A DNA stretch of 64,000 nucleotides from Halocafeteria seosinensis (taxonomy: Eukaryota), in NCBI GenBank assembly GCA_001687465.1, contig LVLI01000386.1, positions 62,001-126,000 of the forward strand, read 5' to 3'. The number at the start of each line of letters is the position of its first letter. Position 1 is the stretch's first letter. A program made the position numbers and the translations under genes. The notes beneath the pieces were generated by a model. The model was not told where the DNA came from. It was given only the letters and a program-made list of their open reading frames with translations, and made no database searches. Below are positions 25,609 through 38,400 of this stretch, piece after piece.

Positions 25609-28600
25609 GATGGTGATGGTGGGGCGATTCTGCCGTCCTCCCGACACAGGTACCAACAGTGATAGGACAAGCCTGGTGGTAGTGTGCATAGTATGTTGTC
25701 TTGTCCTCTGTGGTGGTGAAGGGGTGTGGGGAGCTCGATACCCCGATCAGGCTGGGAAGTCGGACTGGATAAGGCATAATATAGGGCGCATTGAGCAAGT
25801 ATGGCATGGGAGGAAGACTCTCATTGCAACGACGAATGAAAATGCTCTCGTGGGACTGAACATCAAAGATGGCAACCTTGTATGGAGACATATTCTGGAA
25901 GGTAAGACAGACTCCAAGGCGAAAGTTGGCCTATTTATTACTCCCTCTATGGCTCCTTTATGCATTGCAGGGGAGACGTTATTAGATGCTGATCATAATG
26001 CCTATCAGCTACTGTCCATATCGTATGATGAACAGGCGCGCATGTGCCATGCAAGACTCTGGAATTCCATGGATGGAACCCTGCTGTGGGACCAAACCAT
26101 CACTGTCCCACAGTATAACACAGAGGACACCCAACCTACGAATGCGAGCAGTATTGACGGCTCTGTACGCATCGTCAGCGTCAATAAACTGTACGCCCTC
26201 CATTGTGGAGGGGTCGTCGCTATGGTGGACGACAAGGGAGCTGACAAGTGGGTTCATGACTTTGGAGAGGAGAGCAGCAACAAACAACTTACAGTCAAGA
26301 ATATCGAGGTGTCTCGACCGGATAAAGGGTCGAATCGGAAACTGAATATCGACATCCTGTCGTACACTCCCGCTTCCAGCAGTGGCATCTGCTACGACGT
26401 ACATTCTTTGGACGCTACTTCTTCCAAAGAAGCTCACAAACCCTATCATTCAGCTCTGTGCTGCGATACTAACAGCAAGGTAGCATATCTGAGAAACCAG
26501 TTTGTGTGTCTCGAGGAAAAAAACTTGAACAGCTTTGATTCAGAACAGCGAGCTCCGGCGTCGACGCAATTGAGCGATCTGGAGATCCCTTCCACGGTTG
26601 CTTTCGCCCAATACCAAGAACTGAACTCATTCGATAGCGTGCTAACCTTGGAGGATAAGGATTCTCATTCCCAATATTTAGTATATCCCTCGTCGACATT
26701 TTCTGAGGCTCACGTAGCAGATGATGGCGAGCAGGTTACCCAGAGCCACGCTGGTAAAGGCTCGAAATGGACCGTTGCCACTGCCACTCGGGGTACGATC
26801 CTTAAGGAAAATGGGAAGGCCGTGCTGGTAGAGGCTGCTGTGAACACTTCAGGGTGTACGACCAACGATGTTTGTCCAATTTCTCTTGAGTTGCGAAGTG
26901 AAAGCGGAAACGACCAATCTACTGTTCGCATTAGCACACAGAACGGTGTCCAAGCCGACGAAGATCACCTTATTCAGGTATCATTTGTCCACGCTGAACA
27001 CTTTTCTCGGCGAAATGGGGACATCATTCTTGCGCTCGTTCAATTATCGGACTGGAGCCACCATCTGGTGCGTGTCAAGACGAAACATTCCTTCAATGAA
27101 GCAATCAAAGCAGGTAGTGGACAAAATCCAGTCGTGTCTGTGGTTGCATGGTCTCGTGAAGATTGTCTCAGCCAAGTCGACGACTTCGTTGCAGTGGAAG
27201 CAGCTCCTTCTGAGGCTCGCATGAGTATTGTTCCTCAGGGATTTCTTGAGAGTTTTGAAGCCTCAGAGGATCAGGGTGGGAGTGGAGACATTACACTCGA
27301 TGAAGTGAAGGAGGAAGCGTTGCTCCAGTTTATTCCTCGTCTACGTCTGCAAGCGTTTTACGTCAAAGAGAGAGTCCGATTAGCACTGCGGCGTCTACTG
27401 AACCTCTTTCAAAGCGTGGATTCCATTGCTGAGGCGGTAGCCATTGGACGTCGGGAAGCCCTGGATGCAGAAGCACCAGTGAATCGCACTCTCTCAGATC
27501 CGGTTTATGGCTACGACACCAGCGTTATCACTGTGAAACGCGTATCGGCTACAGAATTGTTCGTCATTGCCATACGGGGGGAAACTGGCGCACTTATGTG
27601 GAAACGAAGAGTATATGTATCTGGGTCTGTGCACGGACAATCCGTTAGGCTATTCGCGGCCCGGGTTCATCAAGTGTCTGTTGTTACTCCTGAAGTGGTG
27701 CTAATGGAGTCGCACATTGACAGGGCATCAGGAAAGCCAGTGTCACAGATACTTTGGATAGATGCGTGGTCTGGTCACGTTGACCGAACGGAAAAACACG
27801 CCTTTGCGATCCAGCAAGTGGTGGGACTTCCTTCTTCGGTACATGGTCCGCATCACAGTAAGGCGTGGTTGGTTTTCCACGAACATGGTAACGATGAAAC
27901 CGTAGCGACTGTCCATCCTTTCCGAAAGGAAACAATTAACCAATTCGATAGAATCAGTGACACGTTTGTCGTACAGTCCTTCAGTAGAGAGGACCAAAGC
28001 TTGGTTGGGGTGCGGCTCGAACGTCGACAGTCGGAAGAGGGAAGCTACTCTCCTTCAGTATTGTGGAGTTACAAGTGCTCTCATTCCCCGTCGGATGACA
28101 TTGCTGTGTACGCTCCCGTCGATGGCAAGCTTGCTGACTCATTTAATGCCTACGGCACGGGAGAAGATTCCGTTCTGTTGAAGTATTCATCGGTCAATCT
28201 ATTAGCAGTGATATCGGCAGAGAAACTCCCTGCTGGTGCCAATTCAAGCACAAATGCTGTTACTGTCGCCATTCTTGATGCGGTGAACGGGCGCGTTATA
28301 CATACCCGCAAACATTATAATGCTGTGGGACCTGTGTATGGCATTTTTGTTGAAAACTGGTTCTACTATTCATGGAGGCAGGTTTCCCCGCCATTGACAA
28401 CAATGGCGGTTTTNTCCCTNTACGAAGCCACCTTAGGAAGCAAAGAGCTATTGCCTTGGAATATGTCCCCGTGGGCAAGTGATTTTGTTAACCGCCCTCA
28501 AGAAAAAGGAGTGGTAATGGAATCTGCTCATAATCGATCTGTATATCCACTGGTATTTTACAAGGAGTACATCCTTCCCCGTTCGGTGTCAACAATGGAC

Positions 28601-29041
28601 GTCACCCGCACTAAGCGTGGAATTCCTAACCGAAATATTCTTGTTGGTACACGCCGCGGAGAGATTTGGACGTTGGATCAAAGATGGCTAGATCCGCGGA
28701 GGCCAACCAAGGAACCGACAAGTGGACAAATTACCGAAAAGCTGTTACAGTATGCCCCTCACATCCCGCTTCAGCATACAGAACTCCAGACGTATCAACA
28801 CTCGGTTGCTGCACTGAGTAGAATTTATAGCCTTCCCGCCAACTTGGAAAGCACTTCCTTGGTATTTGGGATCGGTCTGGATATCTTCCACTGCAGGGTG
28901 AGCCCTGCCAACTCCTTTGACGTTCTGAACGAGGACTTCAACGTACCTCTTTTCCTCCTTCTCACTGTCGTTATGGTGTTTGTTACGATATTTGTGAAAA
29001 ACATGGTGAACAACAAGAAGTTGAAACAAAGCTGGGCATAG
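25609..29041 (+). CDS. EMC1: ER membrane protein complex subunit 1
   Basis: Signal peptide followed by DQAGKSDW and G.LVWRH; C-terminal WLDPRRP, LESTSLVFGIGLDIF, SFDVLNEDFN and a terminal TM helix ending LKQSWA. Confidence 0.92.
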
Positions 29042-29214
29042 AATCGGAAGCTTCTGTGCAACTGCAGCAATAACATTTCCTGATGATGACTGAATGTATG
29101 TATTTGCCACAGTACATAGTAGATCGATAAAAACGTAGTGACAATAAAGTTGAATGAGTTGGTATCTTTATGAATAGAAGCAATAGTGATACCAGAGTGA
29201 TGATAAGCGTGTAT

Positions 29215-32200
29215 TTAGGATGTTTGTTTACGACTCGATTCCACTACCATCCAACAGCGGGGACACAAGGCAAGCAGTGCATGTTGGCGAGGAGTGTCTT
29301 GTGAGGCGGCTGGTTTCAACCCACCACGTTTGTATTCCACCTGATCGCGAGGGCGAAACGCCGGCATCGCTGATTCTTCTGAGAAACACACTTGTTTCGA
29401 CGTTTCACCTTGACCCCTACGACTACGCGAATGTTCTGTAGAGCTCTCGGCCAGCTCTTGTTCGATATTAGATAACGCTTCTTCAATGCCTTCCGTGTCT
29501 GCACTATGGTATTGACTTGCGTTTTCATGCGAAGGAATTTCCTTGGATACGGCTCCAGAAGGAAGCATACCAACGACAGCCAACAGTCGCCTTAGCCACG
29601 AGGAACTCTGATTTCGAGAACCACTGGGAGCGACCTCCTCAGTTTTCTCCTCGAGAGTCGAAAGGCACTTCCTTCCACAACCAATACAATAAGGCATTTC
29701 TGATGGAGCATACGTCGCCCTAATCAAGTTGAACTCCTCAGAAACAGAGCCGCTTATCGGCCCGCTGAATGATTCATCCAAGCCAGAAGGCCTTACGATA
29801 GCATCCCCCTCTGCGCTAGCTTCAGAACTCAAATGAGATGAAACCCCTTTGTAGCCTATCGGCTCGCCGAACCGCTTGAGGGTGCCATCATCGACATAAT
29901 AGCGAACGTGCTCCAATTCAGAGTCCCGTAAATTGAAAGGAGCATTTATTTGTACGAAGCCTAGTTTTAAGTATAAAGCAGAGAATTTCCGTTGGAGCTT
30001 TATCAGCTCTTCCAAGAATTCCTCATCTGTCTGATGAACCATACGGCGAACATTAGAGACTAAGCTTTCTATATCGACTTCCGGTAGCTTTGGCGGACAA
30101 AAGGCACCATGCCATGTATCGTTAAAAGGAAGTACGCTCATGATTCTTGTCCAAAAATTAGCAGCAGAGCTCGGTTTCACTCGTCGACTCGTCCTGTGAT
30201 ATTGAGCTGGATGGGTACGACGTTCTTGCAGACAAAGTATAGGCTCTTCAGGCCTTTCGACCGGTTCGCATTGTTTCGCGGTTTGATCATAACACGCTAT
30301 GCAAGGAGTCATCTCATCCAGCAACGAGAGCACTCTTTCAAACATTAAAGTAGCATACTCTCTGACCTTATCGTCCACCACGACGCCAGGTTCTAGGGTG
30401 CGAACGCGGCAAGCAATAATCCTTGCAGCAATCTCCAAACTGAAATCACGAAAGCAAATAAAACGCATTATGACATCTTCATTTAGTCGGGGAGCACTGT
30501 AAGACAGTGACTTCCGAGGCCGAATGTACGAAAGAAAAGCGAGGCTGCATCGATGGAAACAAGAGCAGGATCTGGGGTAAGTTAAGAGACACTGGCTGAA
30601 CAGGAGCTGATACTTACAATATGTCCATTTCCATCTCATGCTCGGCGGCAGTTTGAGCCATAGCCTGGGCCCAAGTCCTATCGATGAGCGACGAAACATT
30701 TACCCCTCTTCCGCAATTCAGTTCATTCACCACTCGTGGTAGTAAGGCAAACCAAAGTCCTTGATGTTGAGTGATTAGACGCTGGTCATCCATGTCCGTT
30801 CCTTTTGAAGTAAGGCCACCAGAGGAGTGCACAGCCTCCCGTTTAGCCCGTTTCTCAGCGAGTACATGCAAGATTCTCTGCAAACAGAACGACGTCCTCG
30901 AATCAATATGGTACTCGTTCTGCATCTACCAATGATTTGCATACCTTAAACTTGTTCACCTGCTCGTTAAAAACTTCCTCACCCTCAACGATTCCACCTG
31001 ATGGTTTCTTCCACAGGGATCGTCGATGAGGCATGTACATGCAGATGACTGTGCTAAAATAAGAATCCAAAACCTGCAAGTTATTTGCCAACAGCTGTTA
31101 TGCACGATAGCTATATGTCAACTTAAGGGACTGATCCGAGCATACCTTCGCATCCTCACCCCACGATTCGAAGAACTGGTTAGTGCTGACGTCTAGATCA
31201 ACTTCACATTCTTCGCCGGGAAGCTTATTTCCCACAAGCAGCAGAGCTGGCCGATCCACATTGGTAACCCCCGCGTTAGCACGTTTCGCAAAATTTACGC
31301 ATCTTTCCAAGTATCGTCTGCACGTATATAACGTTTGAAACGCATAATACATCGCAATAGCCCATCAAGATGCAGTCGACGTACCTATTGTAAAAAGGCT
31401 CTCTACAAACGACCACGACAATATCACTCGTAGTATACGCCAATCGTGGAAAGTGTTCCACTACAGCTTTATGCCTGGTCTGTTGAATCGACGGTCTAAC
31501 CATACGTGCCTGCAGATTTCTCCATGCACGTATACTTACGAAAGCAACTTTCCAAAAACAATATGAGATACGTACCGCCGCCATTATTGGAAAATCTGAT
31601 CCATTTTCTCCTTCATAGTCCACAAAGTTTACTGTTATTCCATCCACAAGCGAGGTACTCGGAAACAGATTGACATTAAATGTGGTGGCCACATTCTGTG
31701 GGCCAGCTTCCTGGCAAAACGGACGACTGCACATCCGGACATTATAGCAGGAACGACCAATGAGTAGCATGAGCACCTGCTATCATCAGATTGTTTCTTA
31801 CCTTTCGTTTTCACCCATTAGTTCTCGAATTGTATGACTTTTGCCCGCAGAGGTGTCTCCTAGGAAAGAGACAACTAGTGTATTCTTCTGGCCCGCAGCG
31901 CTATCCCTAAATCGGTGTAAATTCTGATAATTTACCTCCATCCCATGCTCCGTTAGGTGAATGATTTCATGCTTTGATTCCTGTTGTGACGCTTCTTGTA
32001 CTGCCGGGTCGATTTGGTTTCCCTTATCGGACTTCTTATCTCCTGGGTCTGTTTCTCTTACGTGTTGAAGTAGGGAATCTGCAGCTTGATGAGTGTCACA
32101 AGGCTCTCCCTTGTCACCGCCATTATTGTCCCTTGCGCTCAGCCCGAGCCCTAATATTGAATCGCTTCCACTCCTCGAATTACCGTCGGACCTGGTCGCA

Positions 32201-32941
32201 CTGCGTTCTGGGCTTCTTGATTCCTCCATCGCCTTGACACCAGTGTCATGATCGACAACTTGCCAACTGGAATCTGTTCGCAGAAAAGCAGTAGCAAACC
32301 GACATACAATGAATGGATGCAAATTTACTCAATTCACTTGTAAAACAATTTTATATACTACCAGCAACAAGGCATTTGGACAATACGTGGTAGAACGTAC
32401 CTAACGGTGTTGAAGTTGTTTCTTCAACATCATCATTCTCACTCCAGAGTCTCTCCGATATTCGTCTAGGAGGCGAAAATTCCTCTTCATCCGAATGAGA
32501 AGGAGAAGAGCAACCTCCCATGCTCTCTCCCCTACTGGAATTTGGGGAGGAAGGCAATGGAGGGAAGTTGTGAGGCTCCAAACTGCCATGAGTTGCTTCC
32601 GGGTTGATGTCCATTGGAGAGGAGTATGCCCCTCCAGGTAATCGCGCTGACCAGGAAGACGAGGAGGAAGAGTTCGATACTGGAACACTGGATGTCGAAG
32701 AACTCGGACTGTGGGTTCTGTTACTATCATGGCAAGCCAGGGCTTCCCCCTTAGAGGTTCCAAACGAGTTGGGAATTATTCCAGTGTGGAGAGCGTTAAA
32801 GGGCGATTTCCCTCCATAACTAGTGACGTTCTGGTTTTCGTTGTTTGTACCTGCTGTCTTGCTTTCTATCGTATTCACTGGGGCCTCACTTGAGGGCTCG
32901 GGAGAGGAGAAAGAGGAGGCCGTGCGATTGAAAGGCCACAT
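29215..32941 (-). CDS. Uncharacterised P-loop GTPase-like protein, multi-exon
   Basis: Successive exons give VVSFLGDTSAGKS (G1), ATT (G2-like), FVDYEG (G3) and LLLVGNK (G4). Ser-rich N-terminus; C-terminal CxxC pairs (CIGC, CPRC). Confidence 0.7.
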
Positions 32942-33460
32942 GCTGCAAACCTCAAACGGAAGGAAACCAGTACGACTCGAACCCGAACAACCCTAGATAA
33001 CTCGCCCAATGCGATATTGGGCCACACGAAACGATTTATTGTTCAGAATACAGGGAGTCATTCATAGATTGCACTCAGCCACGTATTAAGGGCGACATTG
33101 TACAGTCAAAAGTGACTTCTTGGGATCATGCACTTACTTTTTACTTTGTGTACCTTTTGCTTCAGACACTGTTCTTCCGACGCGTATTAACGTGTTATAC
33201 TCGTGTCTATAGTGGAGGAAAAATCGAACAACCAATCCTCCAGAATTCAATACCTTTTGGTATCTGGCACCCGGGGTAGAAGTTAGATGTATTATAGCCC
33301 GGTAACTTCAAAGACGAGGCCACAAATTGAAGTTACACGCTAGATTCTATTATTAAGTGTTTAGACGCCGTTTGCAGTGGATTGAACCAGAAACGGACAA
33401 TGCAGGCAATGCCTCCTGAGGTAGAGGACCTGTAGGACTAAACGACTCCAGGTACGGTGC

Positions 33461-34710
33461 ATGCTCTTGCGACATAGTTCTCGGCGGATCTGGATCTTTC
33501 TGACGTGGCAATCGGCTGCAAAAGGATTTTCCTCCCATTGCCACCTTCTTCATTACTGCTCATCTCGAGCATTCGGAAGCGACCAGGAGAGGGTAATGGA
33601 GACACGAAGACAGAATAGAACAACACGGTCTGAACAAGACACGAGGCCATACCCAAAAGATACAGACAGTGCCACGACTACGCGGCAAAAGGCTAATAAG
33701 AGGGAAGCACCGGCTATAAAAGAAGAACCGGAGGTATCTAAGTCGAAAAGGAGGAGCGTGGATACAACTTCGAACAGTGACAGCGACAAAAAGCAGCAAG
33801 CCGCGAGCAAACGTAAAAGGCCTCCGACGTACCGGAGCATTGAATATGAAGATACGGGTACGTCAGAATACGATCAAAAGTGGTCCCGAGAGTATCCACA
33901 CCCTCTTTGGAAGAAGCACTATAACAATATTGTCAAAATGCGTGAGAAGGAAACTGCTCCTGTAGATAGCATGGGATGCGAACGGCTGGCGGAGAAGGAG
34001 AAATCGCCGAAGGAGAGAAGGTATCATACCTTGATCTCACTCATGCTGTCAAGCCAAACGAAAGTGGGTACTTTGCGAATTTTCCGTCTATATTATATGT
34101 TGCTTTCAATGCAGAGGAGCTTATTCCATTGCAGGATGAGATAACCAGCCAAGCGGTTCGCCGATTACAACAGCACGGATTGTCACCGGCCACCATTGCA
34201 AAAACGGAAGAATCCAAGCTTGCAGACATCATATACCCTGTTGGATTTTACCGAAGGAAAGCAAAGTATATAAAGCAAGCGACAGATGTGCTTCTTGAAA
34301 ACTACGAAGGAGATATACCTGACTCCATCAAGGTACGAAAGGTGGGTATGCTTCTACCAGTCCCTTTACATAGCTAGTGCTTTTCCTTACAGGGCCTAAC
34401 TGCTTTACCGGGTGTTGGTCCGAAAATGGCGTACATCTGCATGAATATTGCTTGGGAGCACCCAGTAGGCATTGGAGTGGACGTCCACGTGCACCGAATC
34501 GCAAATAGACTTCATTGGGTGAAGACGAAGAACCCGGAAGAAACACGCGAAGCTTTGGAGAATTTCTTGCCCTTGGATTATTGGATTAGTGTGAACCCAT
34601 TGCTGGTCGGATTTGGGCAGGAAGTATGCTTGCCAAGAAACCCCCTGTGTGACCAATGTCTCAACAAAGAGATTTGTCCAACAGGACGAAGCTCGAAGAA
34701 GGACAAGTAG
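33461..34710 (+). CDS. NTHL1: Endonuclease III-like DNA glycosylase/AP lyase, 3 exons
   Basis: [20 protein letters not shown], Hh[23 protein letters not shown] and the FeS motif C-x6-C-x2-C-x5-C ([17 protein letters not shown]). Confidence 0.95.
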
Positions 34711-35038
34711 AGTAGTGTACCCGGGCTAGTAATCATCAAATCACTGCTAGCACAAACCAGCACCTCTAAACAAGCAATGTTAACCTCTTGTAGTTGTGGC
34801 GCCACTGGCGCTGTGCATATCCGTGACGATTCCGCTGTTTCCGCGATGATTGCGGACCACGTTGGTCCAAGAGCAAGTTCGGCCGGCACTCCGCAACTCC
34901 AAAAATTAGACACCAAGAAGAAGTAAATCAAAAACCAAATACAACAAGGAAATTGAATCTCGAATATAACACATTGGCGATCTGATATGTCTGCATCAAC
35001 TGTTGCCAGCTTGCCCAAAAAATAGAGAAAAAAGAAAG

Positions 35039-35110
35039 TACTTGCGCCGAGAATTGAACTCGGGACCTCTTGCGTGTGAAGCAAGCGTCATACCACTAGA
35101 CCACGCAAGT
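35039..35110 (-). tRNA. tRNA-Val (anticodon CAC)
   Basis: ACTTGCGTGGTCTAGTGGTATGACGCTTGCTTCACACGCAAGAGGTCCCGAGTTCAATTCTCGGCGCAAGTA folds as a cloverleaf with anticodon loop TTCACAC and a GTTCAA T-loop, followed by a T-rich Pol III terminator. Confidence 0.93.
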
Positions 35111-35443
35111 ATCAGTCAGCCGGATAAAATCGACACTGTTAGGGGTGAGCTATAAACTATCTATAATGCTTAGTGATACTTGCAGAGCTATCTGATTCGA
35201 GTCAACGTTCTTCCATTGTATAATACAGTTATGTGAAACAGCATTGTTAGTTGATATGCAGGGTAGGATAATGGCATGGAGAAGACTTGAGGCGACCGCT
35301 TGTATACTTTATTCAAGGAGGATAAGCCGTATTTAAGGAGCTCAACAGTTCATCGCGCGCTTCCAATGGCGCCAAGTTCACAGCGACGACAAGGACACTG
35401 GAGATAACATAGCACAGCTCTCGTTTTCGCCGTACTCGAGGCC

Positions 35444-38400
35444 ATGGCGGCTGCAGGGCATCAATCCCAGAAGAGTGCAGCCAGTGGGAATAAATCCCAG
35501 TCGAAGAAGACGGAGGATTCATGGGGGTTCCAGTTCCGTGTGGGAGATGGTGTATGGGTATTTGACGAGAAGTATGCGTTTGTCCGAGGTACAATCGTCG
35601 AGATAGAGGAAAAGAAGAATTCGGACACGAAAATATATCAAGTTCAAGTCGGCCCCGGTGATGTAAGGGAAGTCAGCAATGACAACAGTGAGCTCAAGAA
35701 GGGTACCACTAAGACTGCCAAGACGACCTGGAAGAATGCAGTTGACATTCCCGGGATATTACCCGCCACCTTTCGCAGTCAGCAAAGTGACACGCATAAC
35801 AGCAGAGAAGACACGTCGATTGCCGATATGGATCAGTTACCACTGTTACATGAGTAAGTGTACGTGTCCTCTTGTCCTTCGTACGTTTGATGTGTAAACG
35901 TTTGTACAGAGCTTCGGTCTTAGAGAACCTGGAGAAGCGTTTTCTGGATGATAGAATCTATACAGCGTGTGGACCTGTTCTTATCGCTCTTAACCCGTTT
36001 AAATGGATGCAATCCTTGTACAGGTATGTCTAAGGGGAGCTCTGCTTGTCATCCTTGAGTTCATTCCTCAAACTTGCTTGCTGTCAGTCAAGGATTGATG
36101 TATCACACCCACGAGGCGCATACTGTCGAACTATCTCCACATCCATTCACTCAGGCTGAAATGGCTCTGCGGAAAGTGGGGGCAGACGATGCAGATTCTT
36201 CCATTGTAATCTGTGGGGAGTCGGGCGCAGGCAAAACAGAGACAACAAAGCTGATGCTCAAATATTTATCTGGGGTGGCTTGCAGTGAGGATACCCGGGA
36301 CCTGGCGGATCGTATTCTTCAGAGTAACCCCCTGTTGGAAGCGTTTGGGAATGCGCAAACGATCCGGAACGACAACTCCAGCAGGTTTGGGAAGTTCGTT
36401 CGCATGTTTTTCACACGGACTACAAGTGAAGGAACAATCGCAAGCAGTCCGTCACTATGTGGAGCTCACATTCAAAATTATTTACTAGAAAAGAGTCGGT
36501 GTGTGTTTCAACAGTACTCTGAATGCAACTTCCATATTTTCTACCAACTATTGGAAGGAGGAAGCTTAAACCTCCTACGGGATCTCCGTCTTGACACAGT
36601 AACGAATTTTAACTATGTCAACTCTTTTTCTAAGAGGAGTGAAGACATCAGCGTAGGTCAATATCATAACGAAGCGGCTTTCAACCAAACGTGCCAAGCA
36701 CTGAGCTCCATGGATTTTTCATTGGAGCAGCAGCAACAGTTTTGGGAAGTTCTAGCGGGAATATTACATCTTGGAAACCTGCAGTTTCGTGCGCATAATA
36801 ACGAACATGTTTCTGTTGTCGAGGCACAATGGAGAGCAGAGATCAACGCAGATGAAGATACTCCTATATTGACGAACACAGAATCTATCACCGTATGTGC
36901 GGATTTACTTAGAATTCCAGCGGATAGTCTATACTTTGCCTTGCTTACCCGAAAAATAAAGACTGGAGATGGAGAGATACGCACTCCCCTACGGGAAGCA
37001 GCAGCAAAGGGAGGGAGAGATGCACTGGCGAAGTCACTGTTTGTTCAGATGTTTGAGTTTGTGGTGGAACAAGTGAATAAGAACCTCAAGCCCACGAACA
37101 TGACAAATATAGACAATACTTATGGGAATAGGTTCATTGGTATCCTTGATATCTATGGGTTTGAGAGACTTGAAAGCAACGGGTTGGACCAGTTGTTTAT
37201 AAATTATGCGAATGAAAAGCTGCAAAGTCTCTTCAATATGGCTATTTTTGAGTCTGAGAAGAAGATATACAGAGAGGAAAACATTGATATTGCCGTCCCT
37301 GAGGGACCTGATAACGCGGAATGTGTCGACTTGTTTGACGGAAAACGTGGAATTTTTGCTCTTATGCATGAAGAATGCCTTCTGGGAGACCAAGGATCCG
37401 ATGAGAACCTGTGCAAAAAATTCGTCAAATTTCTTGGCAGTTCGAGCTACTTCAAACAGCCACGACCAAGCCGAAGCAACAGTGAAGGATTCGTTATATT
37501 TCACTTTGCCGGCCCTGTTCAATATGAGTGTGCAGATTTTGTCGAACGAAACCGAGACACACTGTAAGTGGTTGTATATGATCCTCAAGAAAAAACTATG
37601 CTCTCTTGGATAATTTTATCCTTTTTATAAAATGCAGACAAGATCAGATAAAAGAGTTACTGAGCAAGAGCGAGCATCCGCTAGTATCCTCGTGGTACGC
37701 CGACTTTAGGCCATCCCAAAAGGATAGAAATGCTGCTCCCAAGCGACAAGCCCTACAGGCCACGGTTGCAGATCGTTTTAAGAGTGAAATGAAATCCCTC
37801 GTCGACACGATCAACATGACAAATGTAGAATTTGCTCGATGCATTAAGACAAACAAGAGAATGTCACCCGGATTTGTGGATCGGCTTAGTGTTTTAGAGC
37901 AGTTGGTAAACTCGGGTGTCGTAGCCGCCTTGACGACTCGAAGAGCCGGCTATCCGTCCCGCTTTCAATTTCGGCAGTTTCTGTTACGATACCGTGTACT
38001 ACTCTTCAAAGTTGGTATCGACCCAGCCAGTACCAACAGCAAGGATGATAAGCGATGCAAAGATTTGCTTAACAGCAACACTGTACTAGACTACGGTATC
38101 AACCAAGCTATGTACTGCATGGGATTGTCTAAAGTATTTCTAAAAGCCGAAGCTGTGGCTATGTTGGATGTCGCGGTTACCCGGGTTCTATCAAGCTACG
38201 CTACCGTGATACAATCGCAATTCAGATGCTACTATTGGCGAACGTGGCTATTGCGCGTCAGGCGAAAGTTTTCTCGTTTGCAAGCTTACTACCGGGGCGC
38301 TCGAGAACGAAGAGAATACTCGCGTGTCATTGTGTTAATGCAAGTACGCAGCGAAATGAAGCGGCTGCTATATGAAAGTTCCGTCTTTCTGCGCGACAAT

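Noticed and set aside
28410..28425. Ambiguous N bases (another at ~42479)
   Set aside because: Assembly or heterozygosity artefacts that do not disturb the reading frames.
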